A stretch of DNA of 64,000 bases, from assembly GCA_031383555.1 (NCBI GenBank), contig JANMZR010000159.1:657-64656 (forward strand). Direction: 5' to 3'. The position numbers were made by a program, and so were the translations under genes. This document shows, one piece after another, positions 47,001 through 55,726 of this stretch. Position 1 is the first letter of the stretch. Each line of letters begins with the position of its first letter. The notes beneath the pieces are model-generated. The model ran no database searches and was not told the DNA's origin. It was given only the letters and a program-made list of their open reading frames with translations. The stretch is from Cytophagaceae bacterium. Its GTDB lineage: Bacteria; Bacteroidota; Bacteroidia; Cytophagales; Spirosomataceae.

Positions 47001-48075
47001 TTATACGGCCGTCGTCGGTAGGTCCCCAACTACTAAAACTTGAAATTTTTATGTCAGAAGCCAAATCAGCGCCATTTGGAATAATAGATACTGCCCCAAC
47101 GGTAAGTATATTTTTGGCAACAGAATAGGTGGGGAGGTTATCAAAAGTGTTATTTCGACTTCTCACCACAAATGATGAGTCGGAGCCACTACCTAAGAAA
47201 TATTTTTCGCTTGTTCTAGTTGTATCGGTGGCAGAACGCCCAGGGCCGTTTTCATTTCTCTTATTACCAGCCGACTTCACTATGAGATAGTTAGGTGCAT
47301 TATAGGCGATCCGGTCCCAACTCTCACTTTGACTGTCATAAAAGCCAAATTTATAGTCTTCAAAAGCACTTATTTGGTTGTTGCCATACCATTCCCATTT
47401 CTGATTACCTTGACGGTTATCGTTATAAACCCAACCTACTACTTGCCCATAAGAGTGATTTGAAACCAGCAATTCTTTGGAGGCGTTGGACATTTCAGTG
47501 TCGTCATTAAGATAGTCCCACGACTTAAGTTGTGCGCCTGGCGCCATACCTTTGGCTATTGCATTAATGCCCTCAGCAACCATCGTGCCAGCTACGTGAG
47601 TCGAATGTGTAGACGTGGACGGTGAATTATCCATATTGATTACTCTATCTCCAAACTCAACGTGAGTGGTTAGCACCTTCCCCCCGTCCCAAACCCCAAG
47701 TCTGCCTAAGGTTGTTAACCCCTTTCCAATAAAATCGACTCCTAATGAGCCTCCTTTGTAAATAGAATTGGTATGTGTAGTTTGGCCTGCTTGAAGGTTG
47801 CTTTCTGAAATTGTAAATATTGGCTCGCCAATTTCATTTGTTCCTTTCAATTCCATAAAACGGTCATTGCCAAGCGAGCGGCGAACATCAATCTTAAGTT
47901 TTTGTGCAAGCGATTTTACAATTTCAGTATTAGCATTGTATTTCGACTGGAATAGTGCTGTATTTTCATCAATAAGGCCTATTCTGGCGTTATTATAAAC
48001 AGACTTTTGAGCAAATGTTTGAAGCGATATTTGCAAAAATAGTATGAAAAAAAAGGGGACATTTCGTTGTCTCAT
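44083..48075 (-). CDS. Very large secreted S8 (subtilisin-family) serine peptidase with GEVED-like and Ig-like modules and a T9SS C-terminal sorting domain
   Basis: The catalytic triad regions are a D-box near the N-terminus, 'HSTHVAGT' and 'SGTSMSSPQVAG'. 'DWNIDGDFDD.GE' is GEVED-like. The last ~80 aa, 'LTLFPNPVFDSFSI....VKYQIINALGQKI', form a T9SS CTD. I prefer the ATG at 48075 (MRQRNVPFFFILFLQISLQTFAQ). Confidence 0.85.
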   Translation of the reverse strand: MRQRNVPFFFILFLQISLQTFAQKSVYNNARIGLIDENTALFQSKYNANTEIVKSLAQKLKIDVRRSLGNDRFMELKGTNEIGEPIFTISESNLQAGQTTHTNSIYKGGSLGVDFIGKGLTTLGRLGVWDGGKVLTTHVEFGDRVINMDNSPSTSTHSTHVAGTMVAEGINAIAKGMAPGAQLKSWDYLNDDTEMSNASKELLVSNHSYGQVVGWVYNDNRQGNQKWEWYGNNQISAFEDYKFGFYDSQSESWDRIAYNAPNYLIVKSAGNKRNENGPGRSATDTTRTSEKYFLGSGSDSSFVVRSRNNTFDNLPTYSVAKNILTVGAVSIIPNGADLASDIKISSFSSWGPTDDGRIKPDIVGAGVNLFSPSDLGVKAYAFLSGTSMSSPQVAGSVFLLQEIFASLNNNKMMRSSTLKGLALHSADDAGRPGPDYTFGWGLLNIEKASKILINKEKTNSLEELTLADKGVFAKKIIANGKGPIVATICWTDPEASPSSVTATNLNSRIPKLVNDLDIVISDGKTNFQAWVLDPNKPANNATKGDNFRDNVEQVLIANPIPGKEYTIKISHKTLLTRGVQDYALIISGMGGNSYCQPAKSTLQESRFEKVVINNVLYPLAAGCNTYTDKTDQIIEVSPGKKFDIEVNTANCAEQKSKTYGIFIDWNIDGDFDDIGEKMAESPSLSTINSFKNNIVVPQNAIPGNNTRLRLVTTETSEAKGCQTNSKGESIDFLVSIINPKVDLAVTNLVFPNENICRNTTIENVSIQLENKGTQPIEEGEIYLEIFENNVGIASQKVGLKAQIPGLSNSIITLPISVGFKTDAKYTFLFNAIIKSDENSTNNTFEIIRSVNADILAQDSKVIKCENSALTTLYSANKGTAFWYDSETNGNLLAVGNNVSIKKAETPAVLYATYNDISGQIGPKSKKEYAGGTYSGNFGPKPIISTKAPIILESARLYIGHSGKIIFTVERVSDLFPVTSVTLDVTATRNSKLGNASNGQQLDDPNDPGAIYNLGLELPEAGEYQISIEYEDDASIFRSNQGVSGFPFSLQNAVTITGSAFNGSTLKEAWYYFYNLKVKSLGCQSPKRVLANLTTANGLASIITASAATTLCPNQTVTLATTDSKDIQYQWFKDSTLISEANKNKIQISKKGKYYVQISNNGICPNSSNTITVNIKTPATPIITTTGYVLNSSPAESYQWLLSRNPILGANKQELTAFETGSYAIKAVVDGCDVQSAEIYVVILADETVNIGDNLTLFPNPVFDSFSIKNIGNKLVKYQIINALGQKITESTLNATYSEQPIISVNYLQPGQYFVRIEIDKKFYLKKFIKL

Positions 48076-48214
48076 AGCCTTATTACGATAATTCCTGGCT
48101 TTTTGTTGCAATAGATTGGTATTTTTAATGAGAAAAAGTTATCTATTAGAGAAACCTATTTCATTAAAACTCATTTTTACATGAATTAGTTATCTAGAAG
48201 ATTTAAAAAAGTTA

Positions 48215-48931
48215 CTATTTGAAAAAACTAAAGAGCTTCATTTGAATTACCCCCCAAAATGCTTCTTTAAATATGCCCGCCGACATTTTTGATGTTCCTT
48301 TTGTTCGATCTGTAAATATGATTGGAACCTCGACAATATTAAATCCAAGTCGCCAAGCAGTAAATTTCATTTCTATTTGAAATGCATAGCCAATAAATTT
48401 TATTTTTTCTAATTGTATAGCTTGAAGCAGTTTTGAAGTATAGCATTTAAAACCAGCAGTGGCGTCCATTATGGGCATTCTGGTAATGAAACGCACATAC
48501 ATACTTGCAAAATAAGACATTAGCACCCGGCTCATAGGCCAATTTACAACATTTACTCCCGTAATGTATCGTGAGCCGATGGCCAAATCAGCTCCGTTTT
48601 TACAAGCAAGGTGCAATTTAATCAGGTCATCAGGATTATGGGAAAAATCGGCATCCATTTCAAATATATAGTTGTACCCTTTTTGCAATGCATATTTGAA
48701 ACCATGAATATAGGCTGTTCCAAGGCCTAGCTTTCCCTTTCTCTCTTCAATAAAAAGGCTATTTGGATACTCTGATTGCAATTCTTTAACAATGTACGCA
48801 GTGCCATCTGGTGAGCCATCGTCAACAATGAGTACATGAAAAGGAGTAATGAGGCTAAAAACTTTTCTAATTATAGCTTCAATATTTTCTTTTTCGTTGT
48901 AGGTTGGTATTATTACAATGCAATCTGTCAT
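48215..48931 (-). CDS. GT2 polyprenol-phosphate mannosyltransferase (Dpm1/Ppm1-like)
   Basis: 'IVIIPTYNEKENI', 'VLIVDDGSPDGT' and 'MDADFSH.P' (DxD) motifs. 238 aa, soluble GT2 type. Confidence 0.85.
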   Translation of the reverse strand: MTDCIVIIPTYNEKENIEAIIRKVFSLITPFHVLIVDDGSPDGTAYIVKELQSEYPNSLFIEERKGKLGLGTAYIHGFKYALQKGYNYIFEMDADFSHNPDDLIKLHLACKNGADLAIGSRYITGVNVVNWPMSRVLMSYFASMYVRFITRMPIMDATAGFKCYTSKLLQAIQLEKIKFIGYAFQIEMKFTAWRLGFNIVEVPIIFTDRTKGTSKMSAGIFKEAFWGVIQMKLFSFFK

Positions 48932-49043
48932 TAGAATTAAAGCTAGTGTGGTCTACAGAAACCAAAAATTTGTTTAATTTTAAATTTAACTTATATTCTT
49001 TAGTTTGTAATTACAGGAAATATAAATTAGGAAATTTTAAGAA

Positions 49044-50063
49044 TTATTTTTTTGAATGTTCTTTCAGATAATGATTTCTAAGTACCTCTTCCCCAAAGTC
49101 ATTGGTAAGGTCACGTATTACTGTGTGAAGGTGATTGGCTTGATTTTGTACATTATCGTATTCTATTAATAAAACGTCATTTTGAATACGATAATAGTGG
49201 CCTTTTCCACCATAAACCTTATCGCCCGACCAAGCGAATTTGATTTTATCAATGCCTGCCATTTCAATTTTTCGCATAAAATCATCTGCAAAACCGAAAG
49301 GATAATTGGCTACATAAGAGGCGATTAGTTTCATTAAAAGTTTTTGTTGGTCTGAATTTAATTCTGAAAAAGCAATGCCTTCGTCTTTCAAAAGGCCAAC
49401 TTTTCGAGAATTTTCGGTAAGCATATCAATGGGTGCAGTAGTAGAATAAATTGCTTTAGCAGATTGATCAGCATCAAACGAATTGAGCAGTTCAAAAGCC
49501 AAATTGGCCTCATCTTTCTGAATTTGATAGCCTTTATGTTCGCCAGAGGGCACAATTCCTGGATTTGTACCCATGAAAAGTGGCGTACCAGAGGCTATTT
49601 TTTTGCCGTCTGAGGTAAAATTTAAAGAAATATGATGGCCTTCAATTCGCCAACCCCATATTGAGTTTGTAGAAGGCTTGCCAAATATTGAAAAATAATA
49701 TTTCAAAGGATCTCTCCTCTCATTTTCAATTGGGCTTCCTTCCAATGCCTTCAATATAATTTCTAGCTGCATAATAGCTATAGCCTTTTGAGCACCTTGT
49801 TCACTCAATGTAGCTTTTAGCAGGTTCATAGCTAAGGTTCGCTGTGCCTCTGACATTTCTTTAAGCATAAGGCCACAGCGGCTTATTGGAATATAATACC
49901 AAGTTTTTCGTTCATCTGTATCAATAGGAATCATTATTTTTGACTTTTGATCTTTATCCAAACTTTTCAATAAAGTATTGGCAGAGGCATAGGCTGGTAT
50001 TTGAGAGTTAGTTTGGCCAAACAATTGAATAGCCGAAAGTAAAAGAAGAAGTAGTGTTTTCAT
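49044..50063 (-). CDS. DUF3500 family secreted protein
   Basis: Signal peptide. 'WGWRIEGHHISLNFT' and 'HYYRIQ....IEYDN.QN.ANH.H' match my recollection of DUF3500. Confidence 0.6.
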   Translation of the reverse strand: MKTLLLLLLSAIQLFGQTNSQIPAYASANTLLKSLDKDQKSKIMIPIDTDERKTWYYIPISRCGLMLKEMSEAQRTLAMNLLKATLSEQGAQKAIAIMQLEIILKALEGSPIENERRDPLKYYFSIFGKPSTNSIWGWRIEGHHISLNFTSDGKKIASGTPLFMGTNPGIVPSGEHKGYQIQKDEANLAFELLNSFDADQSAKAIYSTTAPIDMLTENSRKVGLLKDEGIAFSELNSDQQKLLMKLIASYVANYPFGFADDFMRKIEMAGIDKIKFAWSGDKVYGGKGHYYRIQNDVLLIEYDNVQNQANHLHTVIRDLTNDFGEEVLRNHYLKEHSKK

Positions 50064-50232
50064 TAAAAATAGGGTTTGGGTATATTTAAAATCTGACTCT
50101 AAATCAATTTTAAGAGGTAATTTATTCTAAAGTTATTTTTAGAAAACATTCAATTAACCAAAAAATTGGAATGTAAATTTAAAAAATAAAGGCTTGAAAA
50201 ACTATCTGTTTTATACGGTTAATAAAAAATAA

Positions 50233-50919
50233 TTAATTCAAGACCTCTTTCAAAACTATGTGTGACTTTATTTCTCCAAAGCCTTCAATATGTATTTTAT
50301 AAAAACTTAATATAATGTCCAATAAATCAGCACGTTGAGTTTTGTTTATTTTGAGAATATCACCATAATTTAACTTTAATAATTGGTTAAATAACGAAAT
50401 AAGCTCTGCATTGAAAGGCCTTATATTTAAAGCTTGAAATTCTATTAAAACCTGATCGGAGGTTTCAGGTGAAAAGCCTAAAAAGGAGCAAAGTTTTACT
50501 AAAAAAATTAGGTGAAAATTTTGATATTCGGCTTGCGGCTCGTCCAAAAAAGAGAAAGATTGAATAAGAAAATCAAATAAAGGAGGGTTTGATTCTTCCT
50601 CTTTTAAACATTTTTTTAAAACCTCCGCCAAAAATAATGCTATGCTCGACTTTAGTATTTCATAGGGTAAGGTTTGAAATGGCTGGTTACATTTTACTTC
50701 AGAAATACGTTTTAACCCTTTCGATTCTCGCTCAAAAACCACCAAGTCAAGAAGGGTGAGGGGTTGAAAAAGGGCAATTTTATTTTTTGATTTACTCGAC
50801 CTAATTCCGTTTTCAATGTAGGAGCGTATGCCAAACTGTTCTGTATAAATATTAACAATGATAGACGTTTCCCGCAACCTAATATAGTTTATAACAATTC
50901 CACGGGTTTTTTCTAACAT
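50233..50919 (-). CDS. recO: DNA repair protein RecO
   Basis: An N-terminal OB-fold pattern, 'T.GIV...I...E.S.IV.IYT...G..SY...G.RS.KSK', with RecO-like length and layout. Confidence 0.8.
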   Translation of the reverse strand: MLEKTRGIVINYIRLRETSIIVNIYTEQFGIRSYIENGIRSSKSKNKIALFQPLTLLDLVVFERESKGLKRISEVKCNQPFQTLPYEILKSSIALFLAEVLKKCLKEEESNPPLFDFLIQSFSFLDEPQAEYQNFHLIFLVKLCSFLGFSPETSDQVLIEFQALNIRPFNAELISLFNQLLKLNYGDILKINKTQRADLLDIILSFYKIHIEGFGEIKSHIVLKEVLN

Positions 50920-51043
50920 TATTCAGTTATTATCAAACTTATTATGTGCCAATCTGTAAAATATTGACATTTACTTTGCACGAAATTCTTAGATGAGAAC
51001 AAAGGTTTTTGAGCCATTGTATTCATTTAAAAATTAAAACTAA

Positions 51044-52075
51044 TTAATCAAACGACTTTTCCAATTTAAAGCTAAAAGTAGTTCCTTTGTCGACCTTGCT
51101 CGAAACGGAAATTTTACTTTTATGGCCAGCTAATATATGTTTTACAATTGCAAGGCCTAGTCCTGTACCCCCCATGTCTTTTGATCGACTTTTTTCGACC
51201 CTATAAAACCGCTCAAATATTCGATTTAGGTGCTCTTCGGGTATGCCTGGGCCATTATCTTTTATAAAAATTTTCCAGTGCTTATGGTCTGGTTCAAAAA
51301 GTATTTGCACTTTTCCCCATTCATTTCCATATTTTATCCCATTTTCAATAAGATTGGTCATCACTTGGTTCATTCTAAAAGCATCGACATATACAAAAAT
51401 AGGTTCTGCATCTTTTGGAAAAATAGTGATAGAAATATTTTTATTAATTGCCTTTTTTTCAAGCTGCTCTACTACCTCAACTACCAATTTATAGAGATCT
51501 ACCTTAGTCCTATTCATCCTAATTTCACCACTTTCCATTTGTGATAGCGCCACCAAATCTCTTACTAATTCATCCAAGCCATCTAAACTTTTGGCGGCTT
51601 TTTCAAGAAATTTATCACGAACATTTACATCGTTTACCGCACCATCAATCAAGGTATGTACAAAACCTTGAGCTGCAAAAATTGGCGTCTTTAGTTCATG
51701 GGAAACATCAGCCAAAAATTCCCTTCTAAACCTTTCCGACTTCTTTAAATCGGTAATTTGTCGCTCTTTTTTTGATGCATAAACGTTCAATTCTTCATTA
51801 ATTTTTTTGAGGGGGTCAGCAATTTTATCAATTTTCTTTTTTGAAATAGACAAGCCTTTCATTTTAAGATCTTGTAGGGTTGAATAGATTTTATTGACTT
51901 CCTCGAAAATAAAATAGTCTAAAACCATGAAGGTAAGAAGTCCTGTGGTGAAAAAAGAGGCCATAAAGCCTACGAAAACTACTAGAATTGATTGTTCGGT
52001 AAACCAAATGAAAAGACTTGTAATAGAACTTACTAGCAATGCAAGAAAAACTGCAATAAGACGTGGATTAAGCAT
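51044..52075 (-). CDS. Sensor histidine kinase (PhoR/EnvZ-like HisKA + HATPase_c)
   Basis: Two N-terminal TM helices, H-box 'FLADVSHELKTPI', N-box 'NLIENGIKY' and G-boxes 'DNGPGI', 'GGTGLGLAIVK'. Confidence 0.85.
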   Translation of the reverse strand: MLNPRLIAVFLALLVSSITSLFIWFTEQSILVVFVGFMASFFTTGLLTFMVLDYFIFEEVNKIYSTLQDLKMKGLSISKKKIDKIADPLKKINEELNVYASKKERQITDLKKSERFRREFLADVSHELKTPIFAAQGFVHTLIDGAVNDVNVRDKFLEKAAKSLDGLDELVRDLVALSQMESGEIRMNRTKVDLYKLVVEVVEQLEKKAINKNISITIFPKDAEPIFVYVDAFRMNQVMTNLIENGIKYGNEWGKVQILFEPDHKHWKIFIKDNGPGIPEEHLNRIFERFYRVEKSRSKDMGGTGLGLAIVKHILAGHKSKISVSSKVDKGTTFSFKLEKSFD

Positions 52076-52217
52076 TTGAATAGATTTTCAAATGTAAAAA
52101 TACTAATGAATTGGATATAAGTGGCACAGAAAATTAATCAAAAAAAGAAATGCCATAATTAGTAAAAATAGATGCTTACTTTTTTACTATGTAATGTGTA
52201 ATTAGCGATTTTAATAT

Positions 52218-52907
52218 TTAATCTAGAGAAAATAAATAACCAATTCCCTTCAAAGTTTTGATATAGCTATCGCCTATTTTTTCTCGAAGCTTCCGTATGT
52301 GTACGTCAACTGTGCGCTCAACTACATATACATCAGCACCCCAAATTTTGTGAAGTATTTCGTCACGGCTGAACACTTTATCAGGATTTTGGACTAGAAA
52401 AAACAGTAATTCAAATTCTTTTTTAGGGAAAGTTAGAGAAGCCCCGTTCAATAAAACAGAATGATTTTTACGATTAATTACTAACCCTCCAGCCACTAAT
52501 TTATCTTCATTATCAGGTGTAGCATTTTGCATATCTCTCCGCAAAAGTGCTTTTATTCGACTAATTAACGCTCTAGGCTTTATTGGTTTTACTATATAGT
52601 CATCGGCTCCAACTTCAAAGGCCGCTACCTCAGAATACTCTTCAGATCGGGCCGTTAGAAATAATATATAGGTATTTTTGAATTCGGGAATTTTGCGAAG
52701 TCGTGAAGCTGTTTCAATACCATCAAGCTTTGGCATCATTACATCCAAAAGCACTAGGTCAGGATTAAAGGTAACAGCTATTTCAAGTGCTTTTAAGCCG
52801 TCGTTAGCTGAAGCAAGCTCAAAACCTTCTTTTTGAAGATTATACTCTAATAGTTCAACGATATCGGGGTCATCATCAACAATTAGTATTTTGGGCATTT
52901 TAGCCAT
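52218..52907 (-). CDS. OmpR/PhoB-family response regulator
   Basis: Receiver 'ILIVDDDPDI...LLDVMMPKLDG' plus a winged-helix 'LT.KEFELL..L......VFSR..IL..IWG......RTVDVHI..LR.K'. Confidence 0.9.
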   Translation of the reverse strand: MAKMPKILIVDDDPDIVELLEYNLQKEGFELASANDGLKALEIAVTFNPDLVLLDVMMPKLDGIETASRLRKIPEFKNTYILFLTARSEEYSEVAAFEVGADDYIVKPIKPRALISRIKALLRRDMQNATPDNEDKLVAGGLVINRKNHSVLLNGASLTFPKKEFELLFFLVQNPDKVFSRDEILHKIWGADVYVVERTVDVHIRKLREKIGDSYIKTLKGIGYLFSLD

Positions 52908-52927
52908 TTTTTTCTTCTATTTTTCTG

Positions 52928-52935
52928 CAAAGGTA
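52928..52935 (-). promoter_or_regulatory. -7 box (TACCTTTG on the minus strand) for the OmpR-family regulator
   Basis: The plus strand reads caaaggta. The box is 21 nt upstream of the ATG at 52907. Confidence 0.3.
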
Positions 52936-53028
52936 TTTAAGTAAATATTACCAAATTGTTAAGTTTTCGTTTTAGTAGGGCTCTTTTTTTATTAAATCTA
53001 CGCATTAAGGTAAAACAAAATTTCGGAA

Positions 53029-53871
53029 TCACTTATTAAATTTTATAATAAATACTCCTTTTTGTTCATTTGTGATAAGTATTTCATTCTCAGAAATATA
53101 AGCGAGTGCTTCTGACTGTTTTAGAGAGGCTTTTATACAAAATTGTGGTTTTGAAAATGAAATTTGATTATTTTCAATACCAAATAAAAATATTTTGCCA
53201 TAACCTAAAAGCGCAAATTGATTTCCGCTGGGACTTATATCAGCAGCAGTAATATTTGTTTTTAAAAAAATACTTGAAATTGGCTCAACTTTATAATCGC
53301 CTGCAAGTGATGGCATTTTATACATTTTTACCAATTTATCTCCACGATTTTTACTAAAAAGAAAAAGGCTGTCGTTGGCCCAGAAAAATGCCTCACAGTC
53401 AAAATTCATATCCTTTTTTTGAGGGGGAAATTCCATTTGGTCAGAAAACCTAAAGGTAATTTTCTCGACTTTTTCTGGGTAATTGGGTTGAAATTTATAA
53501 ATAGTTAAATCCTTCCTTTGATTAGTATTATTGCCAAAGTCACCTATGTAAATATTCCCTTTTGAGTCTTGAGCCAAATCTTCCCAGTCGATATTGGTGG
53601 TATTGGGTACTTTTAAGGTGTTCAATAAATTACCAACCGAGTCTATTTCATATAATTCGGCTTCCCCTCCACCATCGTTATGAGTCCAAAACGTGTTTTT
53701 ATTAAAGCTTTTAGCCAAGCCTGAGCTTTCAGTGATTGTGTTGGGCAAGCTGCCAACTTTATTAATATTAAATAGTTTTTTACCCTTCGCAAAACCCAAT
53801 TTATTTGTTTCTGGCACACAAGTAGCCATTTTAATTTTTGCAAAAAAAAGCCAAAACAATATTTTATGCAT
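53029..53871 (-). CDS. Hypothetical secreted beta-propeller-like protein
   Basis: N-terminal hydrophobic leader. 'ITESSGLA', 'WTHNDGGG' and 'DWEDLAQDSKGNIYIGDFGNN' resemble phytase-like/SdiA-regulated propeller repeats. The family assignment is uncertain. Confidence 0.5.
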   Translation of the reverse strand: MHKILFWLFFAKIKMATCVPETNKLGFAKGKKLFNINKVGSLPNTITESSGLAKSFNKNTFWTHNDGGGEAELYEIDSVGNLLNTLKVPNTTNIDWEDLAQDSKGNIYIGDFGNNTNQRKDLTIYKFQPNYPEKVEKITFRFSDQMEFPPQKKDMNFDCEAFFWANDSLFLFSKNRGDKLVKMYKMPSLAGDYKVEPISSIFLKTNITAADISPSGNQFALLGYGKIFLFGIENNQISFSKPQFCIKASLKQSEALAYISENEILITNEQKGVFIIKFNK

Positions 53872-53952
53872 ATTTTTGTTCCGAAAATTTTAAAGATAGG
53901 TCATTTAAGATATTAACAAAGCTTTTAATTATGGATGTAAAAATAGCTATTT

Positions 53953-55023
53953 ATGGACTATAATTTCCCTTCTTCCGCCCGATTTGCTTTTGGGCTAATA
54001 AGTCTTATTGGATTTGTATTTATAATGAATACTTTGCAAGGCATACTTATTCCATTGTCATTTGGGGGTATTTTAGCTATGCTTTTATACCCAATTTGTC
54101 ATCGATTGGAAGCTATAAAATTGCCCAGAATTGTTGCAATATTTATTTGTTTGATATTAGTTATCGGTTTAATTTGGGGTTTATTGCTATTGGTTATCAA
54201 CCAGTTATCCGTTTTTTCAGAAGAACTTCCTGCCTACTCGTCGAAAGTTACCGACTTGCTAAGCAAGCTTCAAATATTTGTTGAACAAAAGCTAAACATT
54301 CGTAGAGGAAAGCAAGGTGCTGAGTTGCAAAAATATGGATTGGAGGCGCTTAAAAATAGTGGGGTTTATATTTCTAACTTCCTTTCTGGTACCTCTAATT
54401 TGCTCGCCAATGCAAGTTTAGTGCCTATTTATGTCTTTTTTTTCCTTTATTATCGAGATTTTTTGCGCACATTTTTACAAAAACTATTTAAAACAACTAA
54501 AGTTTCAAAGGTAAATCTAGTGATTAGCAAAATATATGAAGTGGTACAAAATTATCTCCTAGGCTTATTTTTTGTGATATTAATAGTCGCCATTTTGAAC
54601 TCGGTAGGTCTTTTGATTTTGAAAATTGATTATGCAATATTTTTAGGAACGTTTGCTGCTTTTCTTTTATTAATTCCATACATCGGTATTACAATTGGAT
54701 CGCTTTTGCCAATTACTATTGCTTTACTTACAAAAGACTCCCCTTTATATGCGGTGGCTGTTTTGGGCTTATTTTTGGCTGTACAGGCTTTGGAATCCAA
54801 CTTTATAACACCCTATGTGGTAGGTTCAAAAGTAAGCATAAACTCATTTGTAGCCATCATTGCTTTGCTTTTAGGAGGCCAACTTTGGGGTATGGCAGGC
54901 TTGGTGTTAGCCCTTCCATTTACAGCAATTACTAAGGTGATTTTTGACAATGTCGAAGGCCTTCAACCCTATGGTTTTTTATTGGGTGAAGCTGAAGTGA
55001 AAAAGAAAAAGACGTTTTTGTAG
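53953..55023 (+). CDS. AI-2E family transporter (PerM/UPF0118)
   Basis: About 8 TM segments. The C-terminal 'G..LWG..GLVLALPFTA' is typical of the family. Confidence 0.85.
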   Translation: MDYNFPSSARFAFGLISLIGFVFIMNTLQGILIPLSFGGILAMLLYPICHRLEAIKLPRIVAIFICLILVIGLIWGLLLLVINQLSVFSEELPAYSSKVTDLLSKLQIFVEQKLNIRRGKQGAELQKYGLEALKNSGVYISNFLSGTSNLLANASLVPIYVFFFLYYRDFLRTFLQKLFKTTKVSKVNLVISKIYEVVQNYLLGLFFVILIVAILNSVGLLILKIDYAIFLGTFAAFLLLIPYIGITIGSLLPITIALLTKDSPLYAVAVLGLFLAVQALESNFITPYVVGSKVSINSFVAIIALLLGGQLWGMAGLVLALPFTAITKVIFDNVEGLQPYGFLLGEAEVKKKKTFL

Positions 55024-55041
55024 CCAACACTCTATCTCATT

Positions 55042-55713
55042 TTGAAACAAAACCATCCACGTAAAGCCCTCATATTTGATATGGATGGCACCATGATCGA
55101 CAATATGCTGGTGCACCACAGAGCATGGCAAATACAAATGCAAATAGAGGGCTATTCCTATGCTTTAACAGAAATAATTGAACATTTTCATGGGAAAAAT
55201 CTGGAAATATTAGAGCGCCTTTTTGGAGAAAAATATACAGAAGTTGAAAGGCTACGAATTTCAAACGACAAAGAAAAACTTTATCGGGAAATATATAGGC
55301 CAGAACAAAAATTGATTAATGGGTTGCAGGAAATATTGGCTATTGCTTACGAAAACGAAATTCCGATGGGTATAGGTACGGCCGCTCAATATGCCAATGT
55401 TAACATGGTTTTGGACAGCCTAAATATTCGCAATTATTTTGATGCAATAGTAGCGGATATTGATGTTGAAAAAGGGAAACCCGACCCTGAAGTGTTCCAT
55501 AAAGTGGCTGCAAAATTAGGGGTTAGTTATGAACATTGCCTTGTATTTGAAGACTCTCCTATTGGCGCAAAAACTGCTCAAAATGCTGGTATGAAGGCTA
55601 TTATGATTACTTCGACTCATAAATCGCATGAGTTTGCAGGAAATAGTTCAATCATAAAATGTATAAATGATTATACTGAAATTGATATTTTGAGAGAAAT
55701 AGCCTATATTTAG
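55042..55713 (+). CDS. HAD-superfamily hydrolase, beta-phosphoglucomutase-like subfamily IA
   Basis: Motif I 'LIFDMDGTMIDN', motif II 'GIGTA' and motif III/IV 'KGKPDPEVF...FEDSPIGA..A..AGM'. It needs the TTG start at 55042, because the first in-frame ATG lies after the nucleophile Asp. Confidence 0.85.
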   Translation: MKQNHPRKALIFDMDGTMIDNMLVHHRAWQIQMQIEGYSYALTEIIEHFHGKNLEILERLFGEKYTEVERLRISNDKEKLYREIYRPEQKLINGLQEILAIAYENEIPMGIGTAAQYANVNMVLDSLNIRNYFDAIVADIDVEKGKPDPEVFHKVAAKLGVSYEHCLVFEDSPIGAKTAQNAGMKAIMITSTHKSHEFAGNSSIIKCINDYTEIDILREIAYI

Positions 55714-55726
55714 TTTAAAATTCTAA

